The notes beneath the pieces are model-generated. The model worked only from the letters and a program-made list of their open reading frames with translations. It was not told the DNA's origin and did no database searches. A stretch of 64,000 nt of DNA, taken from the IMG/VR virus record IMGVR_UViG_3300014720_000001, positions 140,622 to 204,621 of that record; one strand, 5' to 3'. The translations under genes and the position numbers were made by a program. This document shows, piece by piece, positions 37,832 through 45,330 of the stretch. The number at the start of each line of letters is the position of its first letter. The stretch's first letter is position 1.

Positions 37832-38987
37832 CACAAGCGTGTAAAAGTGTCATCACGTTCGATTTAAAAGTGCCAGAAAGATTGTGTGCTGTGCCGCTGT
37901 GGCTATTCACATAAGGGGCAAAGTCAGGTTGAACGTGACGGTCGATAAGAACTGCGTGAAAATCTGCCGCGCGCTCCTTGTCGGACAACGCGCACCGAGC
38001 TTGAATAAACAACTGCAATCCGCGCATAGCGTCGCCTATAAACAACACTACGCCGTTTTGCGTTTGACATATCTGACGCACTTGCTCGGCAAACACCAGC
38101 AAGTCTACGTACGTCGCGGCGCCAAAAGCCGCGCCAATTTCTGCGCCGGGCCCGTCAGGATAAATGTGCCCAGCCATCTCGCCCAGTTCGACATGAATAG
38201 TCGCCGGGACACCCATTGCGTACGCGGACCGCAGCAGGCTGCGCTCTGTCGCGGCGCTAGCTGAATACGCCCACCGACCAGCCGCCTCGCCGTAACCTAG
38301 CCCCTGATTGGCCGCCATACGCGCCACGTAATTCAGGTCGTGCGTGAGTCCCGTTTCGGCCATCCGGATGTCAGCCACGAGGCCGGCGCCTGTAGTCGCG
38401 ACGGCGGTCACGTACTTTTTGCGCAGTAGTTCAACGGCAGCGATGCCAGCGCCGGAGTTAATCGCCGGCGCCGAAATAAATAACAATACCGGCTGGTCAG
38501 CGCCGCGAGCGTTATAGATTGCGCGCGCAACGTCTACGTGCTCGTCGCTAACGGGACAGGGGACCTCAGCGGTTACAGGCGGCATGGCGTCACACGGCGG
38601 AGTCGTGGCCCGAAGGGTGTCGAAAAGCGCAAAGGAACTATTAAGCTGCTTCGGCAGCGCAAGCGCGCTGGGGTCGTCGCCGGCTGTGGCGCGCAGCATA
38701 GCGCCGTTACCCCAAATGAGCCAATTGGCGCTGACGTGTGTGCGGCTGAGCACCTGCGCCAGCAGCGCCGGCGTCACGCGCAGCCGTCCTGCCAGCACCT
38801 GACTCAAGTGCGACGGGTCGAGTGCCAGCGCCCGGGCAAACGCCGGCACATTGTTATCAAAAAGCGTGGCGCAGATGTAATCAAGTCTCTGCAGCCACGG
38901 TTGGTCGCCGTGTTCCAGTTTGCGCTTGTGCTCTTCGAACTTCTTCTGCTGGTGCGGGCTGCGCTGCCCGTTTTTGGGTCTCGGCAT
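37785..38987 (-). CDS. XRE-HTH fused to a deoxyhypusine-synthase-like domain
   Basis: FARALALDPSHLSQVLAG...SANWLIWGNG.M HTH; VTAVATTGAG, GLGYGEAAGR, SLL..AY..GVPATIHV..G, G.ATYVD...F. Confidence 0.6.
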   Translation of the reverse strand: MPRPKNGQRSPHQQKKFEEHKRKLEHGDQPWLQRLDYICATLFDNNVPAFARALALDPSHLSQVLAGRLRVTPALLAQVLSRTHVSANWLIWGNGAMLRATAGDDPSALALPKQLNSSFALFDTLRATTPPCDAMPPVTAEVPCPVSDEHVDVARAIYNARGADQPVLLFISAPAINSGAGIAAVELLRKKYVTAVATTGAGLVADIRMAETGLTHDLNYVARMAANQGLGYGEAAGRWAYSASAATERSLLRSAYAMGVPATIHVELGEMAGHIYPDGPGAEIGAAFGAATYVDLLVFAEQVRQICQTQNGVVLFIGDAMRGLQLFIQARCALSDKERAADFHAVLIDRHVQPDFAPYVNSHSGTAHNLSGTFKSNVMTLLHACDGVFSGQITKTVGST

Positions 38988-39978
38988 GGTCGACCTTTCG
39001 TTTCTGCTGTGTCACCAAGCTACGCCCGGCTGACCGCAAGATACCAGTCCCCGCTAGTAAACGCATCCGATGCACTGCGCGCAAGTAGGCGGCTACCAGT
39101 TCGTCGTAACCGACGAGCAGCTGTTGCGGGTACCGCGTAAACTCACCAAAGATATGAAAGAAGTCAGACGCCGGTTCGTTATAGCAGTCCGAGACTTTGA
39201 TCGACTTTATGTACGTCACGCGGCTACCCCGCACCCGCACTGCCGGCAGCTTTGTCTTTGCCGCGTGCAGAAAAAACTGGCGTGCTTCAATCAACCAGCC
39301 GCCGTCTTGCGGAACTACGGCCAGCCGCCACATCGATCCAAGCACGTGCCTGTTTAATGTCTTAACGCATTTGCTGTAGGCATCGCGCTCACGCTGAAGC
39401 TCGCCCCACAACAACCGCGCGTACACACGCACTTTCTCGGGGCCGCACCCGACGCGCGGATCCCAGTCAGGCGCCGCAACAAATCGCGCTGCCACCCGGC
39501 ACGTCGCGACTAGTTTGGTGTCTTTGTTGTGCCGACCGACAGCCCGCAACTTGTGCTTGACGTCACGATACTGAGCCGCGCTGATGCGGGCATAACAAAA
39601 CGGGCAGATGTGCGCCCGGTTGCACGGACGATATACAGCTTTTCGGCGCCAACGAAAGTACATGTACGTCGGCCGGCAAAACATGCACCGTTGAAACGAC
39701 AGCCGAAACTTATCAAAGTCAAAGTCAGGTGCGTTCGAGTCGGCATTTGTACCGGTCGGAAACCAGAGCGCCCGAATGGCCAGCTCTTTTAGTTTCGACA
39801 CCCACTGCTGCCGAATCGTGTTCGTGCGGCCAGTCACCGTGTTGTGGGTCTTGGCGCCGGTCAGCCCCAGTACAAACTGCTGCACAAAAATATGCGCAGT
39901 CCGCACGCTAATCCGCCGCACTCGCCACGTCGGTATTCTGTACCGGCGAATGAACTCAGCAAACTCAATTAGTGCCAT
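38881..39978 (-). CDS. rolling-circle Rep_1-like protein with degenerate HUH motif
   Basis: C...CNRAHICPFC; G..WRL.V....GW then LIEAR where HxHxH is expected; EFTRYP; MRLLAGTGILR. Confidence 0.45.
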   Translation of the reverse strand: MALIEFAEFIRRYRIPTWRVRRISVRTAHIFVQQFVLGLTGAKTHNTVTGRTNTIRQQWVSKLKELAIRALWFPTGTNADSNAPDFDFDKFRLSFQRCMFCRPTYMYFRWRRKAVYRPCNRAHICPFCYARISAAQYRDVKHKLRAVGRHNKDTKLVATCRVAARFVAAPDWDPRVGCGPEKVRVYARLLWGELQRERDAYSKCVKTLNRHVLGSMWRLAVVPQDGGWLIEARQFFLHAAKTKLPAVRVRGSRVTYIKSIKVSDCYNEPASDFFHIFGEFTRYPQQLLVGYDELVAAYLRAVHRMRLLAGTGILRSAGRSLVTQQKRKVDHAETQKRAAQPAPAEEVRRAQAQTGTRRPTVAAET

Positions 39979-40186
39979 GCGTAGTGAGCGTCTTGGGCCG
40001 CGGCGGAATCTTACCAAACCATACCGAGCAGCCTAGCACGATAATACGCATAGCCGGCGCGCTGTGCATGCCAATTGACAAGACGTGTCCCAGCCCGACC
40101 CAATCAAACCGCACACCCCAGTACCGTTTATCAGTAACGGACAACGTAACCGTCCACGATTCATAGTTGTTAACACTGTGACTCAT
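39965..40186 (-). CDS. hypothetical protein
   Basis: 73 aa, ATGA coupling. Confidence 0.55.
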   Translation of the reverse strand: MSHSVNNYESWTVTLSVTDKRYWGVRFDWVGLGHVLSIGMHSAPAMRIIVLGCSVWFGKIPPRPKTLTTHGTN

Positions 40187-40350
40187 TTCTTCGCTTTCTT
40201 GCGGCGCTTTGGTTTAGTGGCGTTTTCCAGTTCAGTCCACAACTCTTCAACCGTAAATTGATCGCAGTCAACGGCGCGCAGAGGGACGTATCGAATCTCA
40301 TGTAGAAACTGCCGCACGAGCTTTTTCAGTTTTTTCAGTTCGGCGCTCAT
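40183..40350 (-). CDS. small basic hypothetical protein (55 aa)
   Basis: MSAELKKLKKLVRQFLHEIRYVPL...KPKRRKKAKK; GAGGA RBS; below the ORF-track cutoff. Confidence 0.6.
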   Translation of the reverse strand: MSAELKKLKKLVRQFLHEIRYVPLRAVDCDQFTVEELWTELENATKPKRRKKAKK

Positions 40351-40597
40351 CGTTTTCCTCTGTTTCGTTTACCAATCTGTCCAGCGCGGCCATATACGAA
40401 CACTCCCACTCGTGCGGCGGTTTTGCAGGATATCGCGCGTTCACGTTGTTAAGCAAATCGCTAATGGCGCCACGCAAACGCATTACCTCAGCGCGAAGTA
40501 GTACAACTTCATCTTGCGCCGCGGCTAATGCAACACCGTCAGCAAGCCATTCGCCTCTCATGCACAAATAGATGTCACCACCAAGCTCACCGCTCAT
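40298..40597 (-). CDS. hypothetical protein
   Basis: 99 aa. Confidence 0.65.
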   Translation of the reverse strand: MSGELGGDIYLCMRGEWLADGVALAAAQDEVVLLRAEVMRLRGAISDLLNNVNARYPAKPPHEWECSYMAALDRLVNETEENDERRTEKTEKARAAVST

Positions 40598-40830
40598 CGC
40601 GCATCTCCTTTTTTATTTATCCAGTTGCGCACGTCAACCGGCGGCGGATCAATAGCGTCACGCATTTTGGCGGCAAACGCGTCACACGCAGATAAAAAAT
40701 CACGAACGTGCGCGTTTACATACGGCAACGGCACGTCGATGTGATGCTCTAATTTGATTGTGCAGCGATAACCACCGACGAGCGGCAAAGATGACATCGC
40801 GATAGTTTCAAATTTTGATTCGGTGGTCAT
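40594..40830 (-). CDS. hypothetical protein
   Basis: 78 aa, ATGA coupling. Confidence 0.65.
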   Translation of the reverse strand: MTTESKFETIAMSSLPLVGGYRCTIKLEHHIDVPLPYVNAHVRDFLSACDAFAAKMRDAIDPPPVDVRNWINKKGDAR

Positions 40831-41141
40831 TGTTCATTACCTGTTTGATCTAACGCCCACCACGCACCCATCAGCGCCAAACAAATCGCGAGATATACGC
40901 TCGCAATCACCGCGCCCAGCGTGCGTGATTTTGCGCCTGCAACTGAACAGGCCACGCCGTAGGCTACCGGGTACAGCAAAGACAGCCGCAAGAACGATCC
41001 GGCCACCGCAGTTTTTAGCCACGGTGTATTTGGATTTGGCGGCGCGGCCAACCCCATAATGCCCGCCATAAAAATACCGGGATAAATGCACAACGGTAGC
41101 GCGCACAAAACCAAAACAATACCAGCAATTCGGGTACTCAC
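40827..41141 (-). CDS. small membrane protein (about 3 TM)
   Basis: Hydrophobic segments; GTGA coupling. Confidence 0.65.
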   Translation of the reverse strand: MSTRIAGIVLVLCALPLCIYPGIFMAGIMGLAAPPNPNTPWLKTAVAGSFLRLSLLYPVAYGVACSVAGAKSRTLGAVIASVYLAICLALMGAWWALDQTGNEQ

Positions 41142-41464
41142 TCATAACCTCCCGCGTGCCGCTTCAGCAGTTCATCGAGCGCTTGCGCGTCGGCCGTATT
41201 GCCAACGCGTTCAGTCAGTCGCCTTGCTCGCGCAATGACGTCCCGCTCCGCGTCGGTGAGCGCGGGCTGCGGCCTCTCGTACAGCGGCACAACCGCCATC
41301 GCATGGGCCGCAATACTTTCTGCCTCATCCCTGTTGGCCGTCACCCGATATGTAGCGCCGCCGTTCATTGAGATTGCCTCTATGGCGTTCAGCACAACCG
41401 CCCACGCCACTGGTTCGTCCACAGAACCAGTCGATGCAACAGACCGCTCATTCGTATCGCTCAT
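41138..41464 (-). CDS. hypothetical protein with LTDAER module
   Basis: EPVAWAV...PLY..PQPALTDAER; its RBS and start lie inside the attC-like site. Confidence 0.7.
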   Translation of the reverse strand: MSDTNERSVASTGSVDEPVAWAVVLNAIEAISMNGGATYRVTANRDEAESIAAHAMAVVPLYERPQPALTDAERDVIARARRLTERVGNTADAQALDELLKRHAGGYE

Positions 41465-41510
41465 GTTTGCCGCCTCCTTCGTTCGCGGCTGTTGATCTTT
41501 CGTGTTCTGT
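41421..41510 (+). mobile_element. integron attC-like recombination site
   Basis: R'' ACAGAAC-5nt-L'' GATGCAAC ... L' GTTGATC-6nt-R' GTTCTGT; single extra base in L''; inner AGACCGC/GCGGCT stem. Confidence 0.65.
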
Positions 41511-41512
41511 GG

Positions 41513-41749
41513 TCACTTCAGCCGCTCCAGTAGGCCGCGAAGGGTGGCAGGAATGGAGTCATCAAGCGGATACACGCCGATAGCAAACTCCAATGCCCGA
41601 CGCTCCCCGCGAGTGAGTCTCCCAAACTGCCGCAGGCGTTCAATCTCCTCGCGTGCTTCCTGCAAAATATTCTGCACGTCCGCTCTTGCGGCAACGCTGC
41701 TCAGCGGCATCGTTTCGGTATCGCGGATGCGGTCGATGATGTCACTCAT
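41513..41749 (-). CDS. hypothetical protein with LTDAER-like module
   Basis: DIIDRIR...EAREEIERLR...LTRGER...TLRGLLERL. Confidence 0.7.
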   Translation of the reverse strand: MSDIIDRIRDTETMPLSSVAARADVQNILQEAREEIERLRQFGRLTRGERRALEFAIGVYPLDDSIPATLRGLLERLK

Positions 41750-42525
41750 TCGCCACCTCCTTTGGTTCTCTCCAGCAGGGCGCGAAGAGTGTCTGCGTCT
41801 TGCTCTGTTTGTGTTTTCCCGTAGTCCGCCTGCAAGTAGCGAAGCGTCTCCGAAGCCCGATCAACCGCCGCACGCTCCGCGTCAGTGAGACGCAAGCGGG
41901 CAACCTCAGCCCGCAGTGATTCCACTTCTGCGATAACAGCGGGGGCCATATTTAGCACGATATGGTCGTCAGATTGCGCGACATATTTGCGAAACGTTTG
42001 CCGGTGCCACAATTCTTGCAACGCCTTTGCCGACTGAACAAACGGCGTTGACGCAGCTATGTTACCGCTGGCCTGCAATTGACCGGCGCGTTCGTACAGC
42101 AGGTCATATGCTCGCGACACCGCCTTTCGCTCCTCGTCGGTGAACTTAAGCGGCCCGGGCACAAGCATGACAGCACGCTTTTTGTCGCGCTCAATTGCCG
42201 CGGCCAATACTGCACGTTGCTCTTCGGTAAGTTCAAGTTTTAATTCGGTTGAGCAGTCGATTGTCACGTTGCCGTTGCAGACCGACAGCGTGGCATCCTG
42301 ATCGGCTAGACGGCGAATAGCCTCGCGCATCATGTAGATTTCTGGTTCAGCCGCGCGCATCCCGTGAATAAACCCAGTCGTCCAATACCATTGCGCTTGC
42401 GCTGGGCCGGCGCTATCAGCGTTTTCATACGCGCCGTCAGCAACTAGCTCGGCCCATTTGTCGTCAGCCATCTTCAATCGAACGGCGTGCTGCGCCCGTT
42501 CTTCTGGTGTTGCTGGCTTGCTCAT
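41746..42525 (-). CDS. hypothetical protein with repeated LTDAER-like modules
   Basis: Start MSKPAT with GGAGG; three L/FT..ER/QR repeats. Confidence 0.75.
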   Translation of the reverse strand: MSKPATPEERAQHAVRLKMADDKWAELVADGAYENADSAGPAQAQWYWTTGFIHGMRAAEPEIYMMREAIRRLADQDATLSVCNGNVTIDCSTELKLELTEEQRAVLAAAIERDKKRAVMLVPGPLKFTDEERKAVSRAYDLLYERAGQLQASGNIAASTPFVQSAKALQELWHRQTFRKYVAQSDDHIVLNMAPAVIAEVESLRAEVARLRLTDAERAAVDRASETLRYLQADYGKTQTEQDADTLRALLERTKGGGE

Positions 42526-42605
42526 TCGTACCTCCGAAAGAAAAAGTACATGAACGCAATAGCAATCACTGCGCCACAAACTTCGCCTACCCACGCACAA
42601 TTCAC
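42522..42605 (-). CDS. 27-aa membrane peptide
   Basis: MNCAWVGEVCGAVIAIAFMYFFFRRYE; GTGA and ATGA coupling at both ends. Confidence 0.45.
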   Translation of the reverse strand: MNCAWVGEVCGAVIAIAFMYFFFRRYE

Positions 42606-42946
42606 GTTGTCTCCTTCACAAAAATACCTTCGGGCGTCAGTGTGCCCTTGCGGTCTTTGATGGTGTTGTACGCCTCATCAAGGCAGTACGTCAGATCCAG
42701 CTGCGCGTTGTACAGCTTGACGTACAGAATCAGCGTTACGAGAACGTCGCCGATTCCGTCGATGATTCCTTCGCGATCGTTTTTGAGCGTCGCGTCAGCT
42801 AGCTCCCCTAGCTCCGACATGGTCTTGAGCAACTGCGCCATCGGGTTGCTGTTCGGGATGATCTGGCGCGCTTGGGCCCACTGAACCACGAGGCTCTGTA
42901 ATTCCGCAAACGTCCGATCCTTTTCCTCCGGCGATTCCTGCGTCAT
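42602..42946 (-). CDS. MazG-like nucleotide pyrophosphohydrolase
   Basis: QLLKTMSELGELA...DGIGDVLVTL...CL..AY..IKDRKG. Confidence 0.85.
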   Translation of the reverse strand: MTQESPEEKDRTFAELQSLVVQWAQARQIIPNSNPMAQLLKTMSELGELADATLKNDREGIIDGIGDVLVTLILYVKLYNAQLDLTYCLDEAYNTIKDRKGTLTPEGIFVKETT

Positions 42947-43391
42947 TGCGCTTCAACTCCTCGATTTCTTTCGTTAAGGCTTCGATATCCACACCGCCCT
43001 TGATCATCATGTCAATCACCGGCTGCTGCGGAAGCTGCCGGCGTTTCTTGCTGACCCAAATAACAGGACCCCATTCAGGGTTCTTCTCAAAGTGCATATA
43101 CACATCTTTGAGTTCGTCGTACGTGATATCCTCGGCGTCAGCGCAGCCCCACGCAAACATGTCATTCATGTTCAGGAAGATGCAAAACTGCTCGCGTGCT
43201 TTCTCGGGCCAGTCTTTCTCCCACCAGTGCTTGTTCATGCCGATCCAGCCATTTGCTATCAAAACGGCCAACATGCCCGGCTCTTCGTACATCTCTTCCT
43301 TGTACGGTTTGCCGGGACAACCCGTACCTTCCCAGTCCATCGTCCAGTGCGCGTCTGTTGGGTCGATGGTGTAGTTAATTTCCTTCGGCAT
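42795..43391 (-). CDS. hypothetical protein
   Basis: 198 aa; ND.FAWGCADAE motif. Confidence 0.7.
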   Translation of the reverse strand: MPKEINYTIDPTDAHWTMDWEGTGCPGKPYKEEMYEEPGMLAVLIANGWIGMNKHWWEKDWPEKAREQFCIFLNMNDMFAWGCADAEDITYDELKDVYMHFEKNPEWGPVIWVSKKRRQLPQQPVIDMMIKGGVDIEALTKEIEELKRNDAGIAGGKGSDVCGITEPRGSVGPSAPDHPEQQPDGAVAQDHVGARGAS

Positions 43392-43626
43392 TGCTGCGCC
43401 CTTTCTGCCGATCGTATGCTTCCATATCGTTCAACAGTTGTTCTTCGTGTATCGAAAAAAGTTCGAGCGCATACGCGCGCAGCTTCTTCTTCATCTCTTC
43501 GCGCTCGGGGCGCAGCAGATTAAGCAGGGCGAGAATGTTCCGCATCTCTTGCGGCGTCATCTCGCCCATTGCCAGCCTGATAGACTGCTTGTCGCCGGCC
43601 CAGATGGCTTCAAAGTCTGTAGGCAC
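43375..43626 (-). CDS. hypothetical protein
   Basis: IRLAMGEMTPQEMR motif. Confidence 0.65.
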   Translation of the reverse strand: MPTDFEAIWAGDKQSIRLAMGEMTPQEMRNILALLNLLRPEREEMKKKLRAYALELFSIHEEQLLNDMEAYDRQKGRSNAEGN

Positions 43627-43629
43627 GGC

Positions 43630-43872
43630 TCACCACGTTGGCGTCCACGTTGGCGACCACGGACCTGCCGGCCAGCTCGGCGCGTCTGGCTTGTGCGGCT
43701 GCGGGTACGGATACGACATCGGGATACGAGTGACAGCAGTCTTTACTTCGGATAGTTGCTGCTGCAGTATTTCAATCTGTACCCGCAGATGCGCTATCTC
43801 CAGCGCTAGCTGCGTCATTGGTGACGGCTTGCGGGCTTTCTTCTTCTTTGCTTTCTTGGCTTTCTTGGCCAC
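43630..43872 (-). CDS. Lys-rich hypothetical protein
   Basis: GTG at 43872 after AGGAG. Confidence 0.55.
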   Translation of the reverse strand: MAKKAKKAKKKKARKPSPMTQLALEIAHLRVQIEILQQQLSEVKTAVTRIPMSYPYPQPHKPDAPSWPAGPWSPTWTPTW

Positions 43873-44311
43873 TGATTTGCTCCTGCATCTTGGCAATCCG
43901 AGCGCGCACTAACTCGACGGCGCGCTCAACACTCTCTACTTCAACAAACGGCAGCTTGGCCTGTAGGTGCTCCCACTTGGTCGGGCCTACGCCGGCTACG
44001 TTGATCTCGCCGGGCTCTTGGCTGCCGAACTCGTCCAGCAGCGCCACGGCGGTTGCAATCTCGCGCGACGGAAACACTAGAATCTTGTTGTCGACGTCGG
44101 AGAAAAACTTCACGCCAGTACGATCGCAGATTACATAGCGCACAGCCGACTCACCAGTATCGATGTACTGCATGGCTCGCGCCTGAGTAGCGTACTGGCT
44201 TGCGTGGTTATGCGGGGCGGTTGGGCTGTGGCACGATTTAAACTTTTTGCCGCTGCCGCAAGGACACCGGTCGTTGCGCTTGATAATGCTATCTTTGCGA
44301 ATCGTGCTCAC
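43772..44311 (-). CDS. SEC-C motif protein
   Basis: RNDRCPCGSGKKFKSCH. Confidence 0.85.
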   Translation of the reverse strand: MSTIRKDSIIKRNDRCPCGSGKKFKSCHSPTAPHNHASQYATQARAMQYIDTGESAVRYVICDRTGVKFFSDVDNKILVFPSREIATAVALLDEFGSQEPGEINVAGVGPTKWEHLQAKLPFVEVESVERAVELVRARIAKMQEQISGQESQESKEEESPQAVTNDAASAGDSASAGTD

Positions 44312-44597
44312 GAAAAACCTCCGTGTTGCCGTTGAGCTGGATTAATCTCCGGCCAGTTGGACCGGGTTGGGCTATTGTCTCTTTTTCTCTCGCCTGTGCA
44401 ATACGTAGCCAGTTCAGGCGAAACTCTTCAATCGTGACCCCTTCCCGCGGCAGCAGCAGTTCAAGCGACATGCGGCACGTATTGCGCTCGTCGTCGGCCT
44501 GCATTGTGATACCGATGAGCTGCGCGTTAAACAACAGCGCAATGCCCTCCTGCAGCTGCTCTAGCGGGTCGGGGTTCGATTCAAACGGCGCCCTCAT
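44289..44597 (-). CDS. hypothetical protein
   Basis: 102 aa, ATGA coupling. Confidence 0.65.
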   Translation of the reverse strand: MRAPFESNPDPLEQLQEGIALLFNAQLIGITMQADDERNTCRMSLELLLPREGVTIEEFRLNWLRIAQAREKETIAQPGPTGRRLIQLNGNTEVFREHDSQR

Positions 44598-44842
44598 GGT
44601 TCGACCGTTACCTGCGCCGTCGTCATGATCAAGCCGGCGCGCATGGTTGAGATCCCGTGAATGGTGATCCGGTCTCCCACCACGATCGTGTCGCGAAACT
44701 GGACACTGAGCCGTTCAGGCGCCGTCGGGTCGGGGTAGATCAGCTTGGGGGCTCCCTCCGCAAGCACAGTCGGACCCACAGGCGGGCTGCTGGGCGGCAG
44801 CTGTGGCTCGCGCGGAATCGTCACTACTCCGGGTGTTGTCAT
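44594..44842 (-). CDS. hypothetical protein
   Basis: Start MTTPGV with GAGGT RBS. Confidence 0.55.
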   Translation of the reverse strand: MTTPGVVTIPREPQLPPSSPPVGPTVLAEGAPKLIYPDPTAPERLSVQFRDTIVVGDRITIHGISTMRAGLIMTTAQVTVEP

Positions 44843-44978
44843 TTTCGAGACCTCGGTTAAAAAAGACGTGGAAGCACAACTTACCTGTCGGGCCGCGAAG
44901 CACAATGCTGTCGAGAAACGAACGGGTCTCGTTGGCGGCAGATTCATCAGCGGAAGATGCACTCGAATCGTTTTGCAT
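44715..44978 (-). CDS. hypothetical protein
   Basis: 87 aa, GAGGTG RBS; overlaps next ORF. Confidence 0.45.
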   Translation of the reverse strand: MQNDSSASSADESAANETRSFLDSIVLRGPTGKLCFHVFFNRGLENDNTRSSDDSARATAAAQQPACGSDCACGGSPQADLPRPDGA

Positions 44979-45273
44979 GGTCAGGTCACCTCAGCTCGCG
45001 GATTATGTTGTCATAATCAGTGGCGAGACGTTTGTAGGGGGGTAAATTGGTCAAAAAACGCAACGCAAATGCTTGTGCCAGTTGGACTTACAACACGCGG
45101 TTTGCGCAAATTTTGTCCGTTTTATGTGGACCTAGAGTAAGTCCTTCGGACTTACAAGGAGAAAGGCATTTTTCGAGACATGCAGGCATTGTTTGAATGC
45201 CTACTGCATGATCGGGGGGTTGTCCAATTCACGTTGGGCAAACTGGGTAGTTTGCACTCAACGTTTGGATAGC

Positions 45274-45326
45274 AAAAAAAGAGATGGCGTAGGGGCGGGG
45301 AAATCCCGCCCCTACGCCATCTCTTT
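45274..45326 (-). terminator. intrinsic terminator (22-bp perfect stem)
   Basis: AAAGAGATGGCGTAGGGGCGGG / CCCGCCCCTACGCCATCTCTTT with a T-run, just after the ParB-like gene. Confidence 0.8.
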
Positions 45327-45330
45327 GCCA

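Noticed and set aside
42795-42946. Frequent long same-strand overlaps (also 38881-38987, 43772-43872, 44715-44842) suggesting recoding
   Set aside because: Expected run-on in a stop-poor frame of GC-rich genes; long conserved genes translate intact with the standard code
45281-45326. FMN riboswitch-like GGGCGGGG-AAA-TCCC motif
   Set aside because: It is the apex of a perfect terminator hairpin; the other FMN aptamer elements are absent
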